64,000 nt of DNA from the NCBI GenBank assembly GCA_024679065.1, contig JAGIQG010000009.1, positions 81,406,001 to 81,470,000 of the forward strand, written 5' to 3'. A program made the position numbers and the translations under genes. Shown here in pieces: positions 11,710 to 24,861 of this stretch. Under the pieces are notes generated by a model, which did no database searches, was not told the DNA's origin, and was given only the letters and a program-made list of their open reading frames with translations. Position 1 is the stretch's first letter. Each line of letters begins with the position of its first letter. Origin of the DNA: Sphyrna mokarran (taxonomy: Eukaryota).

Positions 11710-13873
11710 ATAATAATAATGGAAACAAAGTCCCAACTCCTGTACTGACAGATTCCACAGGTTTATATAATATTTAATAAACACAAGAAAGGAAACTGAA
11801 CAAATTATTTGCTTATGTATTTAATATTTATATTTATGTGATATATAATAATGGACACACAGTCCCACCTCCTGTACTGACACATCCCACAGTTTTATAT
11901 AATATATAATAATGGACACACAGTCCCACCTCCTGTGCTGACAAATCCCACAGTTTTATATAATATATAATAATGGACACACAGCACCGCCTCCTGTACT
12001 GACACATCCCACAGTTTTATATAATATATAATAATGGACACACAGTCCCACCTCCTGTACTGATACATCCCACAGTTTTATATAATATATAATAATGGAC
12101 ACACAGTCCCACCTCCTGTAGTGACACATCCCACAGTTTTACATAATATATAATAATGAACACACAGTCCCACCTCCGGTACTGACACATCCCACAGTTT
12201 TATATAATATATAATAATGGACACACAGTCCCACCTCCTGTAGTGACACATCCCACAGTTTTATATAATATATAATAATGGACACACAGTCCCACCTCCT
12301 GTACTGACACATCCCACAGTTTTATATAATATATAATAATGAACACACAGCACCACCTCCTGTAGTGACACATCCCACAGTTTTACATAATATATAATAA
12401 TTATTATTAATAATTCTTATTATTACATTTATTTATTATTTTATTTTTATATGTTATATAAAACTGTGGGATGTGTCAGTACAGGATGTCGGACTGTGTG
12501 TCCAATATTATATATTATATAAAACTCTGGGATGTGTCAGTACAGGAGGTGGACTGTATGTCCATTATTATATATTATATAAAACTGTGGGATGTACCAG
12601 TACCGGAGGTGGGACTGTGTGTCCATTATTATATATTATATAAAACTGTGGGATGTGTCAGTCCAGGAGGTGGGACAGTGTGTCCATTATTACATATTAT
12701 ATAAAACTGTGGGATGTGTCAGTACAGGAGGTGGGACTGTGTGTCCTTTATTATATATTATAAAAACCTGTGGGATGTATCAGAACACGAGGTGGGACTG
12801 TGTGTCTATTATTATATATTATATAAAACTCTGGGATGTGTCAGTACAAGAGGTGGGAATGCGTATCCATTAAGATATATAATATAAAACTGTGGGATGA
12901 GTCAGTACAGGAGGTGGTGCTGCGTGTCCATTATTAGATATTATATAAAACTGTGGGATGTGTCAGTACAGAAGGTGGGACTGTGTGTCCATTATTATAT
13001 ATAATATAAAACTGTGGGATGTGTCAGTACAGGAGGTGGGACTGTGTGTCCTTTATTATATATTATAAAAACCTGTGGGATGTATCAGTACAGGAGGTGG
13101 GACTGTGTGTCTATTATTATATATTATATAAAACTGTGGGATGTGTCAGTGCAGGAGATGGGACTGTGTATCCATTATTATTTATTATATAAAACTGTGG
13201 GAAGTGTCAGTGCAGGAGGACGGACTGTGTGTCCATTATTATATATTATATAAAACTGTGGGATGTATCAGTACCGGAGGTGGGACTGTGTGTCCATTGT
13301 TATATATTATATAAAACTGTGGGATGTGTCAGGACAGGAGGTGGGACTGTGTGTCCATCATTATATATTATACAAAACTGTGGGATGTGTCAGTACCGGA
13401 GGTGGGACTGTGTGTCCATTATTATATATTATATAAAACTGTGGGATGTGTCAGTACAGGATGTGGGACTGTGTGTCCATTATTATATATTATATAAAAC
13501 TGTGGGATGTTTCAGTACCGGAGGTGGGACTGTGTGTCCATTATTATATATTATATAAAACTGTGGGATGTGTCAGTACAGGAGGTGGGACTGTGTGTCC
13601 ATTATTATATACTATATAAAACTGTGGGATGTGTCAGTGCAGGAGATGGGACTGTGTGTCCATTATTATATATTATATAAAACTGTGGGATGTGTCAGTA
13701 CAGGAGGTGGGACTGTGTGTCCATTATTATATATTATATAAAACTGTGGGATGTGTCAGTACAGGAGGTGGGACTATGTGTCCATTATTATATACTATAT
13801 AAAACTGTGGGATGTGTCAGGACAGGAGGTGGGACTGTGTGTCCATCATTATATATTATACAAAACTGTGGGA
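11710..13873. repeat. 61-bp minisatellite, orphan cluster: inverted arm (11710-12400, 1 degenerate + 9 units) and forward arm (12454-13873, ~23 units)
   Basis: Unit AAACTGTGGGATGTGTCAGTACAGGAGGTGGGACTGTGTGTCCATTATTATATATTATATA; orientation switches across an AT-rich spacer at ~12400-12454. Confidence 0.97.
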
Positions 13874-14852
13874 TTATAAATTATAAATGATTATAAATGA
13901 TTATAAATGATCTGGATGAGGGTATTGAGGGATGGATCAGTAAATTTGCAGATGATACTAAAGTTGGTGGTGTGGTAGATAGTGAAGATGGGTGTTTTCG
14001 TTTACAGAGTGACTTGGACAAGTTGCAGAGCTGGGCCGAGAGGTGGCAAATGGAGTTTAATGTGGAAAAGTGTGAGGTAATGCACTTTGGCAGGAACAAT
14101 AAATGTGTAGAGTATAGGGCTAATGGTAGGGCTCTTAATAGTGTTGAGGAACAGAAGGATCTTGGTGTATGTGTCAATAGATCCCTGAAAGTAGGCAGTC
14201 AAGTGGATAAAGTTGTTAAGAAGGCTTATGGAGTCTTAGCTTTTATTGGTAGGGGGATTGAATTTAGGAGCCGCAGCATCATGTTGCAGCTGTACAAAAC
14301 TCTAGTGCGGCCGCACTTGGAGTATTGTGTGCAGTCCTGGTCGCCACATTATAAGAAAGATGTGGAGGCATTGGAGAGGGTACAGAGGAGGTTTACCAGG
14401 ATGTTGCCTGGTATGGAGGGCAGGTCCTATGAAGAGAGGTTGAAGGATTTGAGGTTGTTTTCGTTAGAAAGGAGGCGGCTAAGAGGGGATCTTATTGAAG
14501 CATATAAGATGATTAGAGGTTTAGATAGGGTGGACAGTGATAGCCTTTTTCCTAGGATGGAGAAAGCTAGCACGAGGGGACACAGCTTTAAATTAAGGGG
14601 TATGAGTTATAGGACGGATATCAGAGGTAGGTTCTTTACTCAAAGAGTGATTAGGGAGTGGAATGCCCTGCCTGCAGCTGTTGTAGATGCGCCAAGTTTG
14701 GTGGCGTTTAAGAGGTTAGTTGATAAGTATATGGAAGAGAAGGGAATGATTTAGTTAGGAGGGGCATTGCTTTTTATTTTGGTCGGCACAACATCGAAGG
14801 CCGAAGGGCCTGTTCTGTGCTGTAATGTTCTATGTTCTATGTTCTATGTTCT
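13874..14852 (+). mobile_element. Young 5-prime-truncated CR1 LINE at the site of the missing V1
   Basis: Open 285-aa RT C-terminal frame (FADD); (TATGTTC)n tail; left flank is minisatellite, right flank is the C-downstream sequence of the next cluster; no target-site duplication. Confidence 0.95.
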
Positions 14853-16246
14853 ATACTGAAGTGAAAATCTACACCACTAAGAACCAGTCTTTCATGTTCC
14901 CATTCTGAGCTTTGAGATCCTTTCATATTTAACATCAGTGTGGGTCTTAACACCTCAAACAACTTTCTATTCTCTCAAAAATAACTCTGGAGATTGTTGC
15001 TGGGATTTTAAAATGATTCCAGATCTGAATAGTTTTGTTGTTGTGCTGCCTTATTTAACCCTGCTACAAATTGTATCCATTAAACTTTTGGGTTTATATT
15101 TTGGGAAGAGACAAACACATTTTAAACTCTTCTTTCAGCACAGAAGCTTTCAGCATTTGGATTTGTGTCAATTGTTGTCAAACCTTCAAAAATAAACATT
15201 TCCCGTTGAGAACACTATCATGAACCAAAGCTCAAATCTTTATACTTTGTAAGAATTATAATTTCCACAATCAAAATTGAAACTCCCTCTTCCTGATGTG
15301 TGTGGCTTTGTATCCAGATTGAAATCCCACATGCTTATCAATGTACATTCTTTATCTAGATAACACCTTTGTATCTCAAAGGTCACTTGCTGAAAGGTCA
15401 GATTCTTATTGATCTGTGTGTCCATATCAGATCTCCTGTCCCCAACTAGAAAATAACAGTGGTCCTGAAGGGGTTAAATCATTTTCCACAGAATCCCTAA
15501 CGTGCAGAAGGAATCCATTTGGCCCATCGAATCTACATCATCAACAATCCCATCCCACGTCCGATCCCTACGACCCCACACATTTATCTCACTAACCTCT
15601 CTAACCTCCACATCCTGGGATACTAAGGGTCAATTTAGCATGGCCAATCAACCGAACCCACACACCTTTGAATGTGGAAGGAATCTGGAGCACCTAAAGG
15701 AAACCCACGCAGACACAGGGAGAATGTGCAAACTCCACCGTGATCCAAACTGGGAATGAAACCCAGGTTCCTGGAGCTGTTAGCAGTGTTAACCACTGTG
15801 CCACTTGGTGTGGGAATAAAAATCTTCTTAATGTTGCTGGCAACGTTGTTCCATTTGTGATTCTCTGGAAATAAAAACAGAAGGTCCAGGAATAATACTG
15901 ATCCGAGCCCGGAATTGTCACTGCAGCGAACTCGTATGCTTCTTAAACATATTTTGAAATAATGTAGCATCTTCTTTGTGCTGCCTAATTATCTTTGGGA
16001 AAGGTAATTAAACTACAGTGTCCTAGTGAGCTATTAGTGAGCTGTATGTCCCTGTAACCATGAGCCAGGTGCTCAAATGTTCAGTCATGTGGTGAACTTG
16101 GAAGAATTGTCCCCATGGTGGAACTTGGTTGGAAATAAGATTCAAGGAGATTATTAAATCTGAGAAATCAACCATAGTGAAAATAAGTTTGTATTGGCGA
16201 CTCTTCTCTCACATTCCATGGCAGATGTGTCCCTACTTATGATCAG

Positions 16247-17095
16247 CAGTGATCAGCAAGTTTGCAGACGATACAAAGATGGCTGGACTTGCGGATAGTG
16301 AGGAGCATTGTCAGGCGAAGCAGCAGGACATAGATAGGCTGGTAGCTTGGGCAGACAGATGGCAAATGGAATTCAATCCTGATAAATGTGAGGTGATGCA
16401 TTTCGGGAGAAAGAATGTAGGGGGGAGATATATGATAAAGGGTAGACCTATTAAGAGTATAGAAACGCAGAGGGACCTGAGGGTGCAGGTGAAAAGTCTC
16501 TGAAGGTGGCAGAGACAGTGGAGAAGGTTGTGAAGAAAGCATATAGTATGGTAGCCTTTATAGGAAGGGGTATAGAGTACAAGAGCTGGCCTTTAATGTT
16601 GCAGTTGTGTACAACGCTGGTTCGACCTCATTTGGAATACTGCGTCCAATTCTGGTCGTCTTGCTACCGGAAGGACGTGGAGACTCTGGAGAAAGTGCAG
16701 AGGAGGTTTACCAGGATGCTGCCTGGTATGGAAGGTCTGAGTTACGAGGAGAGATTTGCAAATTGGGACTGTTTTCCTTAGAAAGACGTAAACTTAAAGG
16801 AGATCTGATAGAGGTGTACAAGATTTTGAAGGGGATAGATAGAGTAAACAAGGTTAAGCTTTTTCCTAGGATGGACTCAAATAGCACGAGGGGTCATGGG
16901 CTTAGGGTGAGGGGGGTAAGGTATAATTTGGATGCTAGAGGGATTTTTTTCACACAGAGGGTGGTGGGGGTATGGAATGCGCTGCCAAGTAAAATGGTGG
17001 AGGCAGGTAGTCTGGAGTTATTTAAGAAATATTTAGATGAACAGAATAGGAATGGAGGGGTATAGAAAACTGATTTAAAATAGGGATCATGAGCC
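16247..17095 (+). mobile_element. CR1 LINE 3-prime fragment with frameshifts
   Basis: RT motifs KFADDTK and LVRPHLEYCVQFW split over three frames. Confidence 0.9.
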
Positions 17096-19844
17096 TCGGG
17101 AGTCCCTGGGAAGTGTGTAAATAGATGATGATATTGATGTACTTGTTTTTATCCTACGGGTGCTTTGGTCCACCTTGTTGTCTAACATACACGCGATGGG
17201 TTGTGAGAGGGCTGCTCTTGGATTTTTTTCGAGAGTATCCTACTGCTTCACGTTGTTAGTGTACGCTTGACCTGGACCATCTGATGGGCAACACGACAGC
17301 TCGGTGACTATCTCTGTGCTGTGCAGATACATGGATTTGGGCCTGTGTCTGTGGGAGTTTGCGCATTCTCCCCGTGTTTGCGTGGGTTTTCTCCGGGTGC
17401 TCCGGTTTCCTCCCACATCCCAAAGATGTGCTCTTAGGCTAATTGGCAAAACAAATTCTCCCTAAATTGTCTCAAATTTTTAATCCATCGATCTATAAAC
17501 ATGGACATGGATCACGGGTAGAGGTGGGAACATCGGGGTAGCGGCGCGGGCTCGTTGGGCCGAAGGGCCTGTTTCCCGTGTTGTTTTATTCTTTGTTCTT
17601 TGTTCTTATGAATGTGATTTGCACGGACAACGTTGGGTGCAGCTAATCTGCCTCTGGAGCAGCCTTGGATCCTTTCTTTCTTCTTTTCATCTGAACATTG
17701 CACAGAATTAGAGGAATTCCCTTTGGAAAATAATGTCAAAATTATAATGGCAGGAACTAAAAACCCAACAGTCAAAAATTTGGGAAAATATTTCAAAACA
17801 TGGATTGGGGGATAGGTATATATATATATATATTTTGAAATATTTTCCCAAAGACTGTCAGATTGGAAGATTGAAACGTAACCAACAGAGGAAGTGAAAG
17901 AAGCAGCCGAATATTTGTTACTGAGACGGGAACAATTATCTGAACAACATTAAACTTTCAGACTCAAAAGAAATAAAAACACTAGCAGTGGAGGGGGTGG
18001 GAGGAATCTTGGAGACTGACACCGACAGGAACAATCTAAACAGCTGAAACTCCCATTTCCTCAGTCCCTGCCCGTCACTGCTCAGGAACTCCCCGAGGGG
18101 AACCCTCTCGCTCTGTCACTCTCTCACTCTGTCTCTCTCTCTGTCTCTCTCGCTGCTTCTGTCTTTCTCTCCTCTCTCTCACTCTCCCTCCTGGATGAAA
18201 ACTTTAATAACTTGCAGCAAATTAATTTATTTTCATCTTTCTAATTATTTGAAAAACTCACTGAGTGACATTTTGAGTCCCCAATCTAAATTTTTCCCTC
18301 TCACTCAATACACCTGACACCAGGAAATGGTCAATACTGTTTTACTGTACCAGTTCGAGCAGCTGGATGTTTGTTACTGAGACGGGAGAAAAAGGTGAAC
18401 CGTGTTCACTACCTCCAATCTCCCAGCACAGAAGGCACAGTGGGATACAGTCAGGAGGGAGTTATCCTGGGAATCCTCAACAACATTCCAGACTCCATGT
18501 AGTCTCTCGGTACCATATCAAACACAGACAAGGAAACCTCCTCTGGTTACCACATACCGCCCCCCCACCCCCAAGCCATCAGTTGATGAATCAGTTCTCC
18601 TCCATGTTGAACACCACTTGGAGGAAGCACTGAGGGTGGGAAGGACACAGAATGTACTCTGGGTGGGGAATTCAATGTTCATCATCAAGAGTTTCTTGTT
18701 GAAACTATGGGAGTAGTGAGAGCGTGTGAGAGGGGAAGGTCAAGGGGGAGGTGGTGAATATGGGATGGAGAATTGTAATTGTGATGGTTTAATCCCAGCA
18801 ACTTTCAGTTTCTTTTCTGTTTTCAATCTTGTCACTCAAGAGATTCCAGATCAAACTGATCATTTTCAAATGATTGATCATTGGATTTGAATCCAATCTT
18901 CTGCTGATGTGTCATTGATGATGATGTGGAGATGTCGGCGTTGGACTCGGGTAAAAACAGTAAGAAGTCTCACACCACCCGGTTAAAGTCCAACAGGTTT
19001 ATTTAGTAGCACAAACCACTCGCTTTCGGAGTGCTGACCCTTCATCAGGTGAGAGGGAATTCTGTTCACAAAGAGGGCATTTAAGCATAAAATTGTAAAT
19101 TGAGCTTATATCTTATATGCCCTGTTTGTGAACAGAATTCCCACTCACCTGATGAAGGGTCAGTGCTCCGAAAGCGAGTGGTTTGTGCTACTAAATAAAC
19201 CTGTTGGACTTTAACCTGGTGGTGTGAGACTGCTTACTGTGTCATTGATTGACAGTCCAAGCAACCAATCAGGACAATCACTTGGTGAAATGCAGCCAAT
19301 CAGCTGATGGGGAGGTGGGACATTTCCAAAGCACTCACCAGACATATACTGAATATTCTTAATGTTTATTACCTTTTACACATTGACATTGACAGAAAAA
19401 AGACTAGAATAAACAGCCCAGCCAGAGGAAGCTGGAGAAATTCACAGGGAGAATAGAGGTTTATTAAAACACTTGTGGAGATTTTCTCAATAACATGAGA
19501 ATCCTGTCCCTTTAAACAGTGACTAAATCTTCAATTGTAACTGCAGGGTGAGCAGGAAGGAGGTCTGGTTTACTGAAGCAGATACTTCAGAGGGTCACAT
19601 TCTTTCTGTACAGCTGACAGTCTTCAGCACTCCCAATAAAGGAACAGCACGGGATTAATACAGATTAAAGCTCCCTCTACAATATCCCAACAATGTTCTT
19701 TAATCCCTGACCCGCAGAAGTGTCCCAGACCCAGACCCAGGAAGGAAGAGAATTGTAATTCAATGCTGACAGTGACCTTTACCCTTCCAGCTCACCCCTG
19801 TTCTATTCCAAGTTGTGCCTCCTCTGTGGACTGTCTCTAACACT

Positions 19845-20173
19845 CTAGGCACATTCTGAACTCCTGACACTCTTGCTGAGGGGAGAGGAGAGGCTCACGT
19901 GGGTGAGGGCACAGGAGAAGCGAGCGTTGGACTCCCAGTCGGAGCCAGAGAGGGTCAGCAGGCTGCTGACGCTGTAGGTGTTGTCCGAAGCTCGCAGGTA
20001 GTTGCTGGTCTGAATCCCGTTGGAAATGGCTGCACCGTCCTTCTTCCACTTCACCTCCACCTCATCGGGATAGAAGTGATCGGCAAGGCACACCAGGGTG
20101 GCAGTGCCCTTGGTCTTGACCTCCTCCGGGGAGGGGGGCAGCAGGGTCAGCGTGGGTTGTGAATTCTCACGGG
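19845..20173 (-). CDS. IGKC: Ig light-chain kappa-type constant exon, cluster 2 (C2)
   Basis: Paralog of C1; acceptor ag at 20174-20175; ends SSECA* with the penultimate Cys expected for H-L bonding. Confidence 0.96.
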
Positions 20174-23100
20174 CTGAAAGAGAAGAGAAGGAATTTTAAT
20201 CACTGCCATTTTCAGCCTTTCAACATCCCGAATATTAACTGGGATCAAATCAGTGTCAATGATTTGATGTTGCAGAATTCTAAAAATCCATTCCGGGGGA
20301 ACGTTTTTAACCAGTACGGAACAATCCCAACAAGAGAAGGGTCAGTTTTAGCAGTTTTAGAGAATGAAACTCAGCATGTGGAAGGTGTATCAGTGAGAGA
20401 GCATTTGGGTAATAATGATGATAATAGATTTAGAGTAGCTCCGGAAAAGGGGAAAGATCGATCAAGAGTAAACGTTTTAAATGGGAAAAGGCCAATTTCA
20501 CAACAGTGGAATTTGTCAAAATGGAAAGGAAACAGTGACTTGAAGGTAAATCAGTGTCAGAGCAGTGGGAGGATATTCGAGCTGGAGATAGAGTTCAGGA
20601 CATATATGTTCATCAAGCAATAGTGTGGGACATTGCAAAGAGAATAACTAAGGATTAAATAGGGCTGATGAGAGAGCAAAAAGGTAACTTGTGTGTGCAG
20701 GGAGAAGACATACAGGTGGTTCTTAATGAATAATTTATATCAGATATCGCAAGTGGGAGGGACAAATTTGGCATTGTATGTTCAGGAGGCGAGGGATTGC
20801 GAAAGAATTAATGGGATTCTTTATAATGATAGTGAGCGAGGAGGTATTAATGTGTTTATCACCTTTTAAAATGGAGAAATTCCCAGGGCCGGGTGAAATA
20901 TATCCCAGGATGTGAAGGGAAGCAAGGGAAGAAATAGCAGAGACTCTGACCATTATTTTCCAATCCTCTCTGGGTATAGGTGTTAGTGTAGGTGGACTGG
21001 ATGATGGAGAATGCTTTTTAAAATTAAAAGCTGATGGAATCCAAGAGAAAGTAGAACATCCGAATTCAAATTAGTTCAGTGTCCGAGGGTAAACTTTTGA
21101 GTTGAAGCTGGTTAAATCATTTTGCAATGTTACTGAAACTGTGAAGAAGATTACTGCAAATTCAGCACTGAAATGGTTAATATTGAGAGTATTTAAAGAC
21201 ACAGTGTCCCTTTAAGAGACTGTTAACCAATCAGGAAGCTGGAACTATTGCTCAGTCTGTCTCGGGGAAACAGGTTGAGCATCAACAAACCACAGATCAC
21301 ACACAGATCAGGAGAACTTTATCCCAGAACATTGGAGCAGACTTGGATCAACACACTTCACACAGGATTCCCATTAGCTGGTGTAGAAGCTTCTAGATTT
21401 CATTTCAAACCTTACTGCCCAGCACTGGGCTGAGGTCAAGGGTGAGGCGAGAATTAGTCTCAGTGTCCAGGGGCAGACAGGGTCACTGCTCCGAATGACC
21501 CCATGAACTCTGGAGGGTGCTTTTATGTTATCAATGGGAGAGAGTCAGAATTCAGAATCTCCAACCACATAGACAGAATTATATTTCTATAGCACCTGTC
21601 ACCACCTAAGAATGTTTTACAGCTCATTGCGCAGAGCAAGATCCCAGGGAGCAGAGTGAGAAAGAACAGATAAGCAGATTTGTAGTGATATTGATTGAGG
21701 GATGAATATTGACCAGTTCACCGGGGTGAACTCCCCTGCTCTTCTTCCAATAGTACCAGGGGATCTTTTACACCCCCTGAGAGGGCAGATATCAGATTGT
21801 CCCATCTGAAAGATGGGAGGCCTGTAGTTTAGAGGGGGGGATATGACAGGTGCTGGCCCTTTACCCATGAAGATTTTGGAAGTGGATGGGGAAAGTGGGA
21901 GGTGAATGAGAGAATCATCTTTGTTGCTACTGAAACTCTTGCTATCTGCTCAGTCACATCTAATAAACACACAGACACATCAGACAAACATCAGTCTGTT
22001 TCTGTGGATTCTCTGCTGCTTTCAGTTCAATGAAGAGTGCAGGAGGACATGCCAGGAGTAACAACAGACAGACTGAAAAATGAGGTGTTAACCTGGTGAA
22101 GCTACAACACAGAGACTGTGTGCCAAACAGCAGAAGCAGCAAGTGATAGACAGAGTTAAACCATCCCACAACCAATGGATCGGATCTAAGCTCTGCAGTC
22201 CTGCCACATCCAGCCGTGAATGGTGGTGGACAATTAAACAACTCACTGGAGGAGGAGGCACCACAAATATTCCCATCCTCAATGATGGAGGAACGCAGCA
22301 CATCAGTACAAAAGGTAAGGCTGAAGCATTTTCCGGAAACTCCAGCCAGAAGTTCTTAGTGGATGATCCATCTCAACCTCCTCCGGATCTCCTGAAGACT
22401 TGTGCTCCAGAACTTCCCATGTCCCTAACCAAGCTGTTCCTGTAAATCTACAACAGTAGCATCAACACAACATTGTGACAATTTACCCAGTTGTGAACTC
22501 TGCACAAAAAACAGAACAAATCAAATCTACATGATAACCACCCCATCAGTCTACTCTCGATCATCAGCAACGTGATCTGAACATATCCAGAGCAATACCA
22601 AGCAGCACTTACTCAGCAATAATCTGCTCACTGACACTCAGTTTGTGTTCCACCAGGGTCACTCAGCTCCTGATCTCATTACAGTCTTGGTTCAAACATG
22701 GACAAAAGAGCTGAACTCCAGAGGTGAGGTGAGAGAGACTGTCCTTAACATCAAGGCAGCATTTCAGCAAGTGTGGCATCAAGGAGCCCTCACAAAACTG
22801 GAGCCAATGGGAATCAGGGGAAAACTCTCCACTGGTTGGAGTTGTACCCGGCACAAAGGAAAATGGTTGTTGTTTGGGGTTTAACTCTACAATCTATATT
22901 AATGAGCTGGATGAAGGGAATGAGAGGAATGTCATTAAACTTGCTGATAAAATGAAAAGTAGAAATGCATGTTGTGAGGAGGATACAGAGTCTGAAAAGG
23001 AATAGAGATAGGTTCAGTGAGTGGGGAAACATCGACAGATGGGGAATAATGTGGGAAAATGAGGTTGTCCACATTGGCAGGAGAATAGAGCAGAATTCTA

Positions 23101-24861
23101 GTAAACTGGAGAAATTCTATCGAGTGATCTGGGTGTCTTTGCATCCAGGAACAGCAACAAATTCAGAAGGCAAATGGAATGTTGCTCTTCATTCCAATGA
23201 GGATGAGTATAAAAGGAGGGATGTTTTGCTCCAGCACATTGGGAAAATCACACTGAGAATATTGTGGACACTTAGGGTCTCCTTTCTTAAGGAAAGATAT
23301 AGTCGAATTGGAAAGAGTTCAGAGATGGTTCACTGGGCTGATTCCACCGAGTAAGGGATTGTCTTATGAGGAAAGCTTGAGCAAGTTGGGCTGATACTCA
23401 TTGAAGTAGAACTTATTCCATCACCTCAGCACCATCTTCACCAGGGCAATTAGGGATGGGTGATAAATACTGGTCTGCAGAGAATCACAGGAAATAGGAA
23501 CAGGAATAGGCCATTTGGCCCTTTGAGCCTGTTCCACTATTCATCATGGTCATGGCTGATCATCCAATCAGTAGTCAGATACTCCCTTCCTCAACAAATC
23601 CTTTCATCCTATTCACCCCAAGAGATAAATCTAACTCCTTCTTGAAAATGTACAATATTTTTGCTTTAACTGCTTTCTGTGATAGTGAATTTCACAGGTT
23701 TACCCCTCACTGGGTGAAGGAATTTCTCCTCATCTCAGTCCTAAAAGGTTTATCCCATATTCTCAGAGTATAATACCTCAAACTGGATGCTTCCAGCATT
23801 GGGAACATGCTTCCTATATCTATCCTGACGCGTCCTGTTGGAATTTTATAGGTTTTTATGTGATCCCCTCTCATTCTTCTGAACTACAGTGGGGGCAGCA
23901 CGGTGACACAGTGGTGAGCACTGCTGCCTCACAGTGCGAGGGACCCAGGTTCAATTACCAGCTTGGTCATTATCTGTGTAGAGTTTGCACATTCTCCCCA
24001 TATCTGCGTGGGTTTCCTCCAGCTTGTCTGGTTTCCTCCCACAATCCAAAAGGTGTGCAGGTTTGTTTAATTGTCCAAGCTAAATTCTCCCTCAGTATAC
24101 TTGAAGAGGTGCCGGAATGTGGCCACGCGGGGATTTTCACAGTGACTTCATTGCAGTGTGAATGTAAGGCTACTTGTAACTAATAAACAAACTTCTAAAA
24201 AAAAAATCTTAACCAACGCAATCTCTCCTCCTACATCAATTCCACTATCGTGGAATTTGTTCTGGTAATCTTTTCCTGCACTCTTTCTGTCACAAAAAAC
24301 ATCCTTTCTCAGATAGGGAGATAAAACTGTACACATTATTCCCAGTGTGATCTCACCAAGGCCCTGTATATCTGCAGAAAAACAGAATTACAAGGGACAG
24401 GGATAGGGGAGATATGAGGAAACTTTTCCCCTTAATCACGGAGGCAGCAGATTCTGAGGGAATTGAGGGGAATCTTTTCACCCAGAGAGTGCTGGGAATC
24501 TGGAACTCACTGCCTGAAAGGATGGTGGAGGTGGGAACCTTCACAACATTTAAGAAACATTTAGATGAGCATTTGAAATTCCAAAGCAAACAAAGCAATG
24601 GGCTGGAATGCTGGAAAATGGGATTAGAGAAGATAGATGCTTAATGGCCGGCACAGACATGGACAATAGAATCTCTAAAGTGCAGACGGAGACCATTCGG
24701 CCCATCGAGTCTGCATCAACTCTTACCCCAGAAACCCCATGTATTTACCTCACTATTCCCCCTAACCTGTTCGAATTTTATAAGTCTCCATGAGATCCTT
24801 CTTCATTCCTCTGAACTCCAGTGAATATAAGTCTTAACCAACTCAATCTCTCCTCATACAT

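Noticed and set aside
12471-13890. Cys/Tyr-rich ORFs
   Set aside because: Translations of the 61-bp repeat.
20159-20623. 154-162 aa plus-strand ORFs beside the C exons (also 48961-49449)
   Set aside because: Decayed LINE endonuclease remnant (FNIPNINW, PTRE, EHLGNNDHN); interrupted by a stop in cluster 1.
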